NCBI GenBank assembly: GCA_963733195.1
Contig: CAVTCR010000081.1
Span: forward strand, 153,396-217,395
Length of the DNA stretch: 64,000 nucleotides
DNA from: an uncultured delta proteobacterium
Lineage (GTDB): Bacteria; Desulfobacterota; Binatia; Bin18
Reading direction: 5' to 3'
How positions within the stretch are numbered: the first letter of the stretch is position 1; each line of letters begins with the position of its first letter. The notes below the pieces were generated by a model, which saw nothing but the letters and a program-made list of their open reading frames with translations, was not told the DNA's origin and made no database searches. Positions 43,482 through 52,096 of this stretch are shown piece by piece. The translations under genes were made by a program, and so were the position numbers.

Positions 43482-45785
43482 ATGAAGCCGTTCGTTCATT
43501 ATAGTCGTTTCTTACTGATGATCGTTTCTCTTGTGTGTGGAATTCCGCACCTTACCGTTGCCGATATTCAAGCCACATTAGAGAGTCCAGCGAATCAACA
43601 GAAAGTGACAGGGATTGGAGTTGTGTCTGGCTGGGCGTTTTCTACTGATCCGCAAGCCACGGTCCTCAGAGTCAAACTCCGAGTTGATGGGCAAGTAAGT
43701 GGGGACATTGCCTGGCCTGGAGAACGTAGCGATGTGGCAGCAACTTTTCCAACGATCCCGCAAGCCTTAAATAGTGGTTTCGCGTCTGGCGTGAACTTCA
43801 GTGACCTCTCCAACGGCTCACATAAAATTGGCGTGGAAATCACAGATGACCGTGGTGGATCAATGATTATCGATCACGAAGTCACGGTTATCCGTGTCGG
43901 TGGTTTCACCTTGCTCAGCGATCTAAGCTTAGTGACAACCGAACCGAACATTGATGGACGGCAAATCAGGCTGCCGTTTGTTGATGTGACAGAGAAACCG
44001 ACCGATCCAACCGCTGAACCAAGGACACAACAGGTGAGGTTGACGCTGGGCTGGCAAGCGGACCGGCAGGCGTTAGGGATTGTCGACTCTGAAGACACCA
44101 GCGACCCAACACAGCCGGAGAATGACCCTGACAGTCGGTCTATTGAAGGACTTGTGTCGCCACCGCGTGACTCCCGGTCAGCAGAGGGAGATACGATTCG
44201 TGCCAATTTGGAAAACCCTCCAAGCGGGCTTTCGACCGTTACTGGTAAGACGCTCATCTCAGGGTGGGCATTTTCGACGACAGCTGGAGCTACGGTGACG
44301 AAGATTGAACTTCAGGTCGATGGGGTCCCAATAGGAACGATCCCTTGCTGTACACCGCGTCCCGATGTTGCAAACGCAACAGACAACAAAGACTTCCCGC
44401 AGGCACTCAACAGTGGGTTTGCCACTGAAGTCAATTTCAATGATCTCGATACCACTCAAGCGCATACGCTGGAAGTGGTTATTCAGACGACCGACGATAA
44501 AAAAACGATCACCTTGCCGGTGACCACTGTTGGTCTTGGCAATTTTTCGTTTATCAATCAGATCAATTTATCGGATGCCGAGGTGCTCGTACAATCGAGT
44601 CGAACATTGCGTATCGAGGATCTGAAAGTAGAAGGAACAGACAGGAACGGTGCAGATGCGACACGGACAGTGACTGCCGACTTCTCCTGGAATGAAGCCT
44701 GCCAATGCTTTGCTACGCTGTCGAGCTGCGGGGACGGAAACGTTGCTCCATCGACGGAAGAATGTGATGGGGAAACGCTAAACGGAGCAAGTTGCACCTC
44801 ACTTGGATTTAGTGGTGGCACGCTCTCCTGTACGCCGACATGTACCTTCGATACGCGTACTTGTACCGGGGGGCAGAAACTTTATGTGACGAACGTCCTC
44901 GATAATACAGTCTCGGTCATAGATACCGCGACGTATGAAATTACAAAGACAATCAAGGTCGGGAGTGCACCGCGGAGTATCGCCATCAGCCCGGACGGGG
45001 CGACAGCGTATGTCGCCAATACCGGAGATGACACCCTGTCGATCATTAACGTCGCAGATGACACCGTAAATGCGACGGTCAAGGTTGGCAAAGGGCCTCA
45101 GTCCGTGGTGGTGACTCCAGATGGTACGAAACTCTATATCGTCAATGGCAAAGCCAATGCTGTAGCTGTCTTTGATGTGGCAACAAGGAAAGTCCTGACT
45201 AAGGTTGACGTCGGGAAAAGGCCGGAAGAGATTGCTCTGAGACCACCGGATGGAACTACTGCCTATGTCACAAATTTCGGTGACAACACAGTATCAGTCA
45301 TCGATACAAGGACGAACGCCGTAACTGCGACAATCAGTGATAAGATTGGCAAAGGACCAAGCGGGATTGCTGTCAGTCCGGACGGAACGCAAGTCTACGT
45401 TGTTAACTATGATGATGACTCGATTTCTATCGTCGATGCTGCACAGAATGCAGTAGTCGACGATCCCATAAAGTTGGGATTAGCACCGATACGGGTTACC
45501 TTTGACCCAGAAGGGACGCAAGCGTACATCACCAGTGTGTTGGACTTCTCAGTCATCGCTTTCGACACGGCCACTAAGAAACAAATCAACTCGATTCCGA
45601 CGTTTACCGAGCCTGATGGGGTAATAGTGTCGGCAAGAGGAAAACGGGTATTTGTGGCGGTGTTTGGTCGTAACGGCGACGAGAGGCTGCTCGATATCAT
45701 TAGTGCGATTACGAACACCCGCATCGGCTCGATTGAAGTTGGTAATGGACCATTAGCCGTAGCGCTAACCCCGTTAAAGCCATAA
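43482..45785 (+). CDS. Secreted surface protein: two Ig-like domains, Cys-rich repeat, YVTN beta-propeller
   Basis: Signal peptide; two LE.P...SGWAFS units; CGDG...EECDG..L.G..C..LG...GTL.C; multiple YV.N repeats. Confidence 0.85.
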   Translation: MKPFVHYSRFLLMIVSLVCGIPHLTVADIQATLESPANQQKVTGIGVVSGWAFSTDPQATVLRVKLRVDGQVSGDIAWPGERSDVAATFPTIPQALNSGFASGVNFSDLSNGSHKIGVEITDDRGGSMIIDHEVTVIRVGGFTLLSDLSLVTTEPNIDGRQIRLPFVDVTEKPTDPTAEPRTQQVRLTLGWQADRQALGIVDSEDTSDPTQPENDPDSRSIEGLVSPPRDSRSAEGDTIRANLENPPSGLSTVTGKTLISGWAFSTTAGATVTKIELQVDGVPIGTIPCCTPRPDVANATDNKDFPQALNSGFATEVNFNDLDTTQAHTLEVVIQTTDDKKTITLPVTTVGLGNFSFINQINLSDAEVLVQSSRTLRIEDLKVEGTDRNGADATRTVTADFSWNEACQCFATLSSCGDGNVAPSTEECDGETLNGASCTSLGFSGGTLSCTPTCTFDTRTCTGGQKLYVTNVLDNTVSVIDTATYEITKTIKVGSAPRSIAISPDGATAYVANTGDDTLSIINVADDTVNATVKVGKGPQSVVVTPDGTKLYIVNGKANAVAVFDVATRKVLTKVDVGKRPEEIALRPPDGTTAYVTNFGDNTVSVIDTRTNAVTATISDKIGKGPSGIAVSPDGTQVYVVNYDDDSISIVDAAQNAVVDDPIKLGLAPIRVTFDPEGTQAYITSVLDFSVIAFDTATKKQINSIPTFTEPDGVIVSARGKRVFVAVFGRNGDERLLDIISAITNTRIGSIEVGNGPLAVALTPLKP

Positions 45786-45861
45786 CTGTGGAGTTGACTG
45801 TCTGAGAGGAAAGTGGCACCATCCCACCACTTTCCTTGTTCTTTGTCTTTTTCTTCTTCGT

Positions 45862-45934
<73 letters not shown>

Positions 45935-45978
45935 CTTGTACTTTCCTCGAAACTTGATACTTAGCACCTTTCAAGCCA

Positions 45979-47094
45979 CTATGCGACTTTGGCTATGGCT
46001 GTTCTGGTGGCTGTTGATTCTTGCATAAGTCGCTGCACGGCTTCTCGTTGATGGGTTGGGGACAGGTGGGAATAGCGGAGGGTCATCGTGATGGTCTTAT
46101 GGCCCATGAGTTCTTGCACAGTGCGTAGATCAACTCCAGCCATAACGAGACGTGAGGCAAAGGTGTGACGAAGTCATGCCAGTGAAGATCGGCAAGATTG
46201 GCTTTCTTCGGGCAGGATTCCAGACACGGTTGATGAAGTTGTTGGCGTTGAGTGCGGTCTCTCCAGTCTCGCTCGGAAAGACATATGAGCTTTTCATTCG
46301 GCTCGACAGGCTTCGCAAGATCTCGACTACTCGATCATTCATAGGAACATATCGAGCTTCTCCGTTTTTGCTGCGAGGAATGGTCAGCGACTCCGGTTTG
46401 AAAGTTGACGTTTGACCACAGAAGGCTGAATTGTTCTTCTCTGCGCATCCCCGTATTGATCGCCACTTCAACTTTGCTCCAGTGCTCGGGCGGAAATACT
46501 GCCTTCAGGTGAGTTTCTTCCTCCTCGGTCAAATAGCGGACTCTAGCATTATTAGCACGGAAGAACTTGATAGACTTGGCAGGGTTCCTTTCGGCCTTTC
46601 CCCATTCTATCGCCTTCGTGTACAAGTGCTTGAGGAGCGCCAAGTGCAGATTGACCGTGGCTGGCGCTATTTCTTGCTTAGTTTCGCTTTCAACCGTTCT
46701 ACATCTTGCGAGGTAATCTCCTCTAGGGTCTTGCCGCTCAGCTCTCGCCGTAGCCGAACTGCCATTGCGAGATCGGTCTTGTACGATCGCTTATTCACTT
46801 TGCTGTATTCTTCGAGATAGGAAGTCAGCATGTCCTCAAACAGGACGGCTTGTCTTCGTTCGTTCACTTTTTCGGGAAGAAACTTGCCTTCTCGGATTTC
46901 GGTCTTGCGTTTCTGGTACGCAATGATGGCCAGGCCTTTTGGCCCCACTTTCTCTCGATGGCGTTTCCCAAACTGGTCGTAGTAGAGAACCCACCAGACA
47001 TTTGAGCCTGGGGGGTGTTCGTACACGCCCCGGTGTTTCTTGCTGTTGGCCTTACGGCCAGGTCTCGCAATAGGACCTTAGTGTTTACTGCCAT
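45979..47094 (-). CDS. Tyrosine recombinase / integrase (several frameshifts) converging on the tRNA-Ala 3' end
   Basis: Across frames: WWVLYYD..G.R.REK arm domain, TGMRREE, KNGE.R.VPM, HD.RHTFASRL and QELMGH....T.RYSH. Confidence 0.85.
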
Positions 47095-47299
47095 AGATTT
47101 ATCTCTCCTTTCTGTAGTGGTTGATGAAAACCCACCACGCGCCTTTGTGGTGTTTGACTTTGACGACCATGTTTCATCCTCCTTTCTTGTTGGTTTGAGT
47201 TTTCCATAATACAAATGCCGGAGAGACAACCGCTCTCCGGTGTAGTGATACTATCTCTTTCCTTCTCCTCATGGTTGCTTCTGCTCCTTCACAACCTGT

Positions 47300-47431
47300 C
47301 CGAGTTCACAGGGTTGGCAAGCTAGGTAATGTCTACGATCTCACGCAAGAGCTTCGTCATGGGTCTCCTGCGTTGCAGCTTCAGGAAGTACAGGCTTTTA
47401 ATCTGGTCGGGCCTAAGTCTGGCTGATACAT
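47300..47431 (-). pseudogene. Small ribbon-helix-helix-like protein (frameshifted)
   Basis: GGAGG RBS; MYQP..., then DQIKSLYFLKLQRRRPMTKLLREIVD after a frame change. Confidence 0.4.
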
Positions 47432-47472
47432 CGCCTGCCCCTCCCTCTACGCTGCTACCGTAGTCGTCTTTG

Positions 47473-48000
47473 CTAAGCCAGGTTGCTTGCGGATTGCCTC
47501 ACATTCCGTGCAACTTTCCTTCCATGCCTGTCTCTGGCCAATAGGGCCATTTCCACACGTGTGAAGGACGCTGCACGCCACAGAGCGCAATGCCTTCCTG
47601 CGATACCAAGTGAATCGTGCGCGTGCTCTTTGCCTCCTTCACTCTCTCCTCGCAGCACCGCCAGCGCCAGCGTAGTGGCGTGTTTACAGACGCTCCCGCG
47701 GTACAGCGCATCGGGGCAGCTACAGAACACTCCGGCCTCGGTCAGGGTCACCCCGTATTCTTTCCCTTCGCCGTTCTTCACCAGTGCCCGGATCTCAGCC
47801 TCCGTCTGGCGCGTGAGCGTCATGGTCAGGCTACCGTCCGCAAGCGCGGTGACGGCTCTCTGAAGTCGATCGGTGGAACTTGTTGCAAGCACGTGCAGGA
47901 CAAGAGGGGAATGATGAATTAGTGCTGTGTCATTGCCGGATTCCTTCCGGCGGTTTAGTGATACCGTAACGTCCGCCAGTAACCAGCATTGCTGGTGCAC
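47473..48000 (-). CDS. SWIM zinc-finger protein (true start uncertain)
   Basis: Y.VTL....FCSCPD..YRG.VCKH (CxC...CxH). Confidence 0.75.
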   Translation of the reverse strand: MHQQCWLLADVTVSLNRRKESGNDTALIHHSPLVLHVLATSSTDRLQRAVTALADGSLTMTLTRQTEAEIRALVKNGEGKEYGVTLTEAGVFCSCPDALYRGSVCKHATTLALAVLRGESEGGKEHAHDSLGIAGRHCALWRAASFTRVEMALLARDRHGRKVARNVRQSASNLA

Positions 48001-48001
48001 G

Positions 48002-48252
48002 CTAGGCCGCTCGGGGTGCTGCTAACACCCCGGGTGGCCGCTTTAGCCTACGTTCTCTTTCTTTTCTTCTGTTCTTGCTCTCACCTCCTTTGCCACGTAG
48101 TGCACGAGTCGGGCGGCCAGTTCTGGGACACGGCGTAAGCCGATCTCCCAGCGGGCAACGGTTCTCTCGTGCGACTCCCAACCGTTGCCCAAGTTCATCC
48201 TGTGTCATTCCTAGCCTCGTCCGGAGCTGTTTGAGTGCATGCTCCAGTCATA
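48002..48252 (-). pseudogene. XRE-family helix-turn-helix regulator (frameshifted)
   Basis: LKQLRTRLGMTQDELGQRLGVAR..VARWE across frames. Confidence 0.65.
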
Positions 48253-48279
48253 GGAGTATAAGTTACCATTGGTAACTAT

Positions 48280-49063
48280 TTAGTCAAGCCTATTTTCTGT
48301 CTCTTCAGCAGCTTTTCCCAAGATATAGTCCGCGGCCTTTTGCGCTTGGGCTGCGGCCAGGATGATCAGCCGGGTATCGTTCTTGAGTTTTGTCAGCCAG
48401 CTCTGGATGTAGGCCGCACTGTTGTCTACTGTCTCATTGGCAATACCGGCAACGCCACAGAGGAAGGCCGCGCCCATCTCTGCAACAAGTTCTTCCTTGC
48501 TGTAGTTCGTGCTGCCAAAGGGACAGAGATCGGTGAGGGTCGGACGGTTCAGTCGCTGCCAGTGGCCCGTGCTATGGGTCAGTTCATGAAACAGGACGGA
48601 GTAGTAATGCTCTATTTGGGGGAAGAGCCCACGGGCAGGCATGTTGACGGTGTCTTGGACCGGCGTGTAGTAGGCGCGCGCTTCGCGGTGTTCGATCGGC
48701 GGACGGTTGGGCATGTGGGCGAGGATCTGCTCACAGGCAGCAATCTGGGTCTGGGGATCAGGGCTCAGGGGCTCATGAATCTGCAAGAAGGGCTGTAAGC
48801 GTGCAGGCAGTTCGCATTGCTGGACGTTGAAGACGTGGTACAGGCGAGCCAGAGGAATCCGTCGTGTTGTTGTCCTCCTCTCTTCGCCCTCCTCAGACTC
48901 TCCTGTTCCTTCCAGCCATTTCCAGAAGACGACAGGAAAGCCCTGCTCCCCCTTGCGGACATAGCCGCCAATCTCCTTGGCTTGCTTGAAGGTCAGCCAG
49001 TAGGGGGACGTGTACCCAGCTGAGCCGAGCACCCAGACGTTAATGCCGCGGTAGGCTTTCTGA
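48280..49063 (-). pseudogene. ardC: ArdC-like ssDNA-binding antirestriction protein with zincin domain, 5'-truncated at the IS5 end
   Basis: YRGIN, WLTFKQA...GG.VRKGE, VFNVQQ, HELTHSTGH, YSKEELVAE and SAAYIQSWL motifs. Confidence 0.85.
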
Positions 49064-49067
49064 CTAG

Positions 49068-49924
49068 AGGGTGTTATGCACTTTTGAGACGGGACGCGGT
49101 ACGTTGGAGGGATGCCGAAGAAACCCTATCTGAGTAATGTCAGCGATGAGGAATGGGCGTTAGTCGCGCCCTATGTAACGTTAATGATGGAAGCGGCCCC
49201 CCAACGAGAATACAGCTTGCGGGCGGTGTTCAACGCCCTGCGCTGTATCGTGCGTGCTGGTGCGCCCTGGCGCATGTTGCCCCATGACTTTCCGCCGTAG
49301 GAGGCGGTCTATCAACAAACGCAGCGCTGGCTGAAAGCCAGGGTGTTCGAAGCGATAGTGGAGGACCTACGGGTGGGGTTGCGGATTGCCCAGGGGCGGA
49401 GCGGGCAACCGTCAGCCGTGATTCTGGACAGTAGCACGTTACAATCGAGTCCGGAGAGTGGGCACCGGGCCGGGTATGATGGGGCCAAACGCAAGCGCGG
49501 CAGTAAGGTGCATAGCGCCGTCGATACCCTCGGCCAGGGGTTAGCGTTGCAGGTGACGGCGGCGAATGAACAGGATCGAGCTCAAGTCCAGGAGTTGGTC
49601 GCCCAGGTACAAGCCGTGACGGACGAAAATGTAGAGATTGCCTTTGTCGCCCAAGGCTACACGGGGGAGCAGCCCGCGCAAGATGCAGCCGCTCACGGTA
49701 TCACACTTGAAGTCGTGAAGCTCCCCGAGGCGAAGAAGGGGTTCGTCTTACTGCCCCGCCGCTGGGTGGTCGAGCGTAGTTTCGCGTGGGCCGCCCGTTT
49801 TCGCCGCTTGGCCCGGGACTCTGAACGGTTGCCGGCGACCGTAGCCGGACTGCACTTCTTGGCCTTTGCGATTTTGCTTATGAAACGCTTTGTGATGCTT
49901 ACGGTACAAAGTGCATAACACCCT
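49068..49924 (+). mobile_element. IS5-family insertion sequence
   Basis: 17-bp inverted repeats AGGGTGTTATGCACTTT / AAAGTGCATAACACCCT; CTAG on both sides. Confidence 0.9.
49112..49918 (+). pseudogene. IS5 transposase with in-frame TAG at 49298
   Basis: WRMLPHDFPP*EAVYQQ (Trp expected), ILDS, GYDGAK..GSK.H.AVDT.G and RWVVERSFAW motifs. Confidence 0.85.
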
Positions 49925-49955
49925 CTAGAAGGAAAGAGGGCGAGAGGGACTCGTC

Positions 49956-51182
49956 ATGTACGATGCCATTATCATTGGGGCTCGTTGCGCTGGGTCACCC
50001 ACGGCCATGTTGCTGGCCCGCAAAGGCTATCGGGTGTTAGTCGTGGACAAGGCCACCTTCCCGAGTGACCTGGCCATGTCCACCCACTTCATTCATCAGC
50101 CAGGCGTAGCGCGGCTGAAACGGTGGGGGCTGTTGGACAAAATCCGCAATTCGAACTGCCCTGCGATCGCGCACTATACGTTTGATGTTGGGGCTTTTGC
50201 ACTCACGGGGTGTCCCCCACCGGCGGAAGATGTCCCCGAAGCGTACCCGCCACGGCGGATCGTACTCGATAAAATCCTCGTGGACGCTGCGGTAGAGGCG
50301 GGGGCGGAGTTACGAGAAGGATTCGTAGTACAAGGCCTGACCTCAGATGGCGAGAGAGTGACTGGCATCCAAGGACGCACCCCAAATGGAACGACCGTGA
50401 AGGAGCATGCCCAGATCGTCATTGGTGCGGATGGCATGAACTCATTGGTGGCGCGGGTTGTGCAAGCCCCTCAGTATCAGAGTAGGCCGCCACTCCAGGG
50501 CACGTACTTCACGTACTGGAGTGGGGTGCCGATGGAGGGGATAGAAATTTACCCACGCGACTATCGTTGCATCTACGGCTGGCCGACCAATGACAATCTC
50601 ACGCTCATTGGTGCGAACTGGGCGATCAGAGACTTCTCCGGCGTCCACGCCGACATTGAAGGCAACTACTTCAAGGTCCTAGAGGCAGCCGCTCCCGGTC
50701 TGTCAGAACAGGTCCACAGCGGAAAACGCGAGGGGCGATGGGTTGGTGGAGCGATCGAGAATTTTTTCAGAAAGCCGTATGGCCCAGGCTGGGCGCTGGT
50801 CGGGGATGCCGGCTATAAGAAAGATCCAGGAACGGCGGCGGGCATCACGGACGCCTTCCGTGACACGGAACTCTTAGTCCAAGCCCTTGATGAAGGATTC
50901 TCTGGGGACCGACCCCTGGACGAAGCCCTTGCCCACTATGAGCAACAACGCAATGAGGTGGCGCTACCGATCTATGAATTTATCTGCCAAACGGTAACGT
51001 TTGAGCCCCCAACGGCAGACCAACTCCAGCTGTTTGCTGCCTTGCGTGGCAATCAGCCGGACACGAATCGCTTCTTCGGTCTCATGGCGCAGACCACGTC
51101 ACCCCCTGAGTTCTTCGCGCCAGAGAACATCCAGCGCATTATGAGTGCGGCAGGGAGCCTTCCTGCCACAAAGCGGATCTGA
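49956..51182 (+). CDS. FAD-dependent oxidoreductase (geranylgeranyl reductase / halogenase-like)
   Basis: YDAIIIGARCAG, IGADG.NS and GWALVGDAG..KDP..A.GI motifs. Confidence 0.88.
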   Translation: MYDAIIIGARCAGSPTAMLLARKGYRVLVVDKATFPSDLAMSTHFIHQPGVARLKRWGLLDKIRNSNCPAIAHYTFDVGAFALTGCPPPAEDVPEAYPPRRIVLDKILVDAAVEAGAELREGFVVQGLTSDGERVTGIQGRTPNGTTVKEHAQIVIGADGMNSLVARVVQAPQYQSRPPLQGTYFTYWSGVPMEGIEIYPRDYRCIYGWPTNDNLTLIGANWAIRDFSGVHADIEGNYFKVLEAAAPGLSEQVHSGKREGRWVGGAIENFFRKPYGPGWALVGDAGYKKDPGTAAGITDAFRDTELLVQALDEGFSGDRPLDEALAHYEQQRNEVALPIYEFICQTVTFEPPTADQLQLFAALRGNQPDTNRFFGLMAQTTSPPEFFAPENIQRIMSAAGSLPATKRI

Positions 51183-51309
51183 GAAGGCTACAGGAAACGG
51201 GATCTAAACAGTCGTGAGAGTGACCTCATAATCGTCACCCGAGAGCAGATCACCGCCTCATTCTTTTTCCACACTATTTGACACTATCTCTACGTGAACC
51301 CTTCAGTTG

Positions 51310-51487
51310 CATAGCCTGGATGGCGTGTAGCAATATCCAGAAACAGGACTCCCGGATTGCATCCGGGCTACGGTACTTTGGGCGACTCCGGCACTGTCGG
51401 TGAGTTATGTAGGTTGGGCAAAAGTGCAGCGTTGCCCAACAGGCAGAGGCGGCGTTGGGCTTCGTATTCCCTCAGCCCAATTTACGG
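51310..51487. repeat. Cluster of GTAG-type REP-like palindromes
   Basis: TAGCCTGGAT...CCCGGATTGCATCCGGGCTAC and GTAGGTTGGGC...GCCCAAC...CCCAATTTAC. Confidence 0.6.
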
Positions 51488-51721
51488 AACTAAATTGATC
51501 GCATCATGAGTTGCAGATAAGTTTGGCGTCGCTGACAGTTCGGTTCTTGTTCACTTAGGCTTTGTGACCTCCTCCGGGCAAGCTCCCGCCGCACGGGTGT
51601 AGTCGGAAGTCTAGTAGGATGAGGAGACTAAACTAGGCAAAAAGACAAAAAAGGTGGGGGTGACTTGGCCTCTGTCGTTCTGACCCATTTTCCCCTTGTG
51701 TTCCTCTTTTTGTGCTATAAG

Positions 51722-51813
51722 CCACTCCCAAGAAACCAAACCCGCGGTGACGCGGGGATGGGAAGCCAACGGAACTTCTCCCTCAACAGTTAAGTTAGCC
51801 GGGCTGCCAGTGG
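51722..51813 (+). ncRNA. GEMM-I (c-di-GMP-I class) riboswitch aptamer, cGAMP-type (A20) variant
   Basis: ACCAAA-CCCGCG-GTGA-CGCGGG-GATGGGAA-GCC-AACGG-AACTT..AAGTT-AGCCGGGCTGCC; possible P1 CCACT/AGTGG; GNRA tetraloop. Confidence 0.75.
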
Positions 51814-51851
51814 TGACCGCTGTTTTGGTTGCGATGGAACCCGGCTTTTTC
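51797..51851 (+). terminator. Intrinsic terminator overlapping the 3' side of the aptamer (expression platform)
   Basis: AGCCGGG (51797-803) pairs with CCCGGCT (51840-46), followed by a T run. Confidence 0.6.
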
Positions 51852-52096
51852 TGCGCGGGCGCTACCTGAGAGGATCCCCATGAGAAGCTCGTGCCTCCTG
51901 TTTTTGCTAGCCTGCTCTTTGCTTCTGCCCTTCTTCACCCCCAGCCAATCGAGTTGTGGGTTCATTAGCGAGTTTGACACTCTCTGTGACGGCAAGGCGG
52001 GCCTCATGCTGGACCTCCCTTACTTCCCTCGGCCACACTACTCAAGGATCTCCGCAGATTTTTTAGCCAACGACCAACACCCTCTGGAGGGATTGC

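Noticed and set aside
49298-49300. In-frame TAG in the IS5 transposase as pyrrolysine or programmed read-through
   Set aside because: It replaces a conserved Trp (TGG to TAG), other conserved residues also look mutated, and no pyl genes are seen
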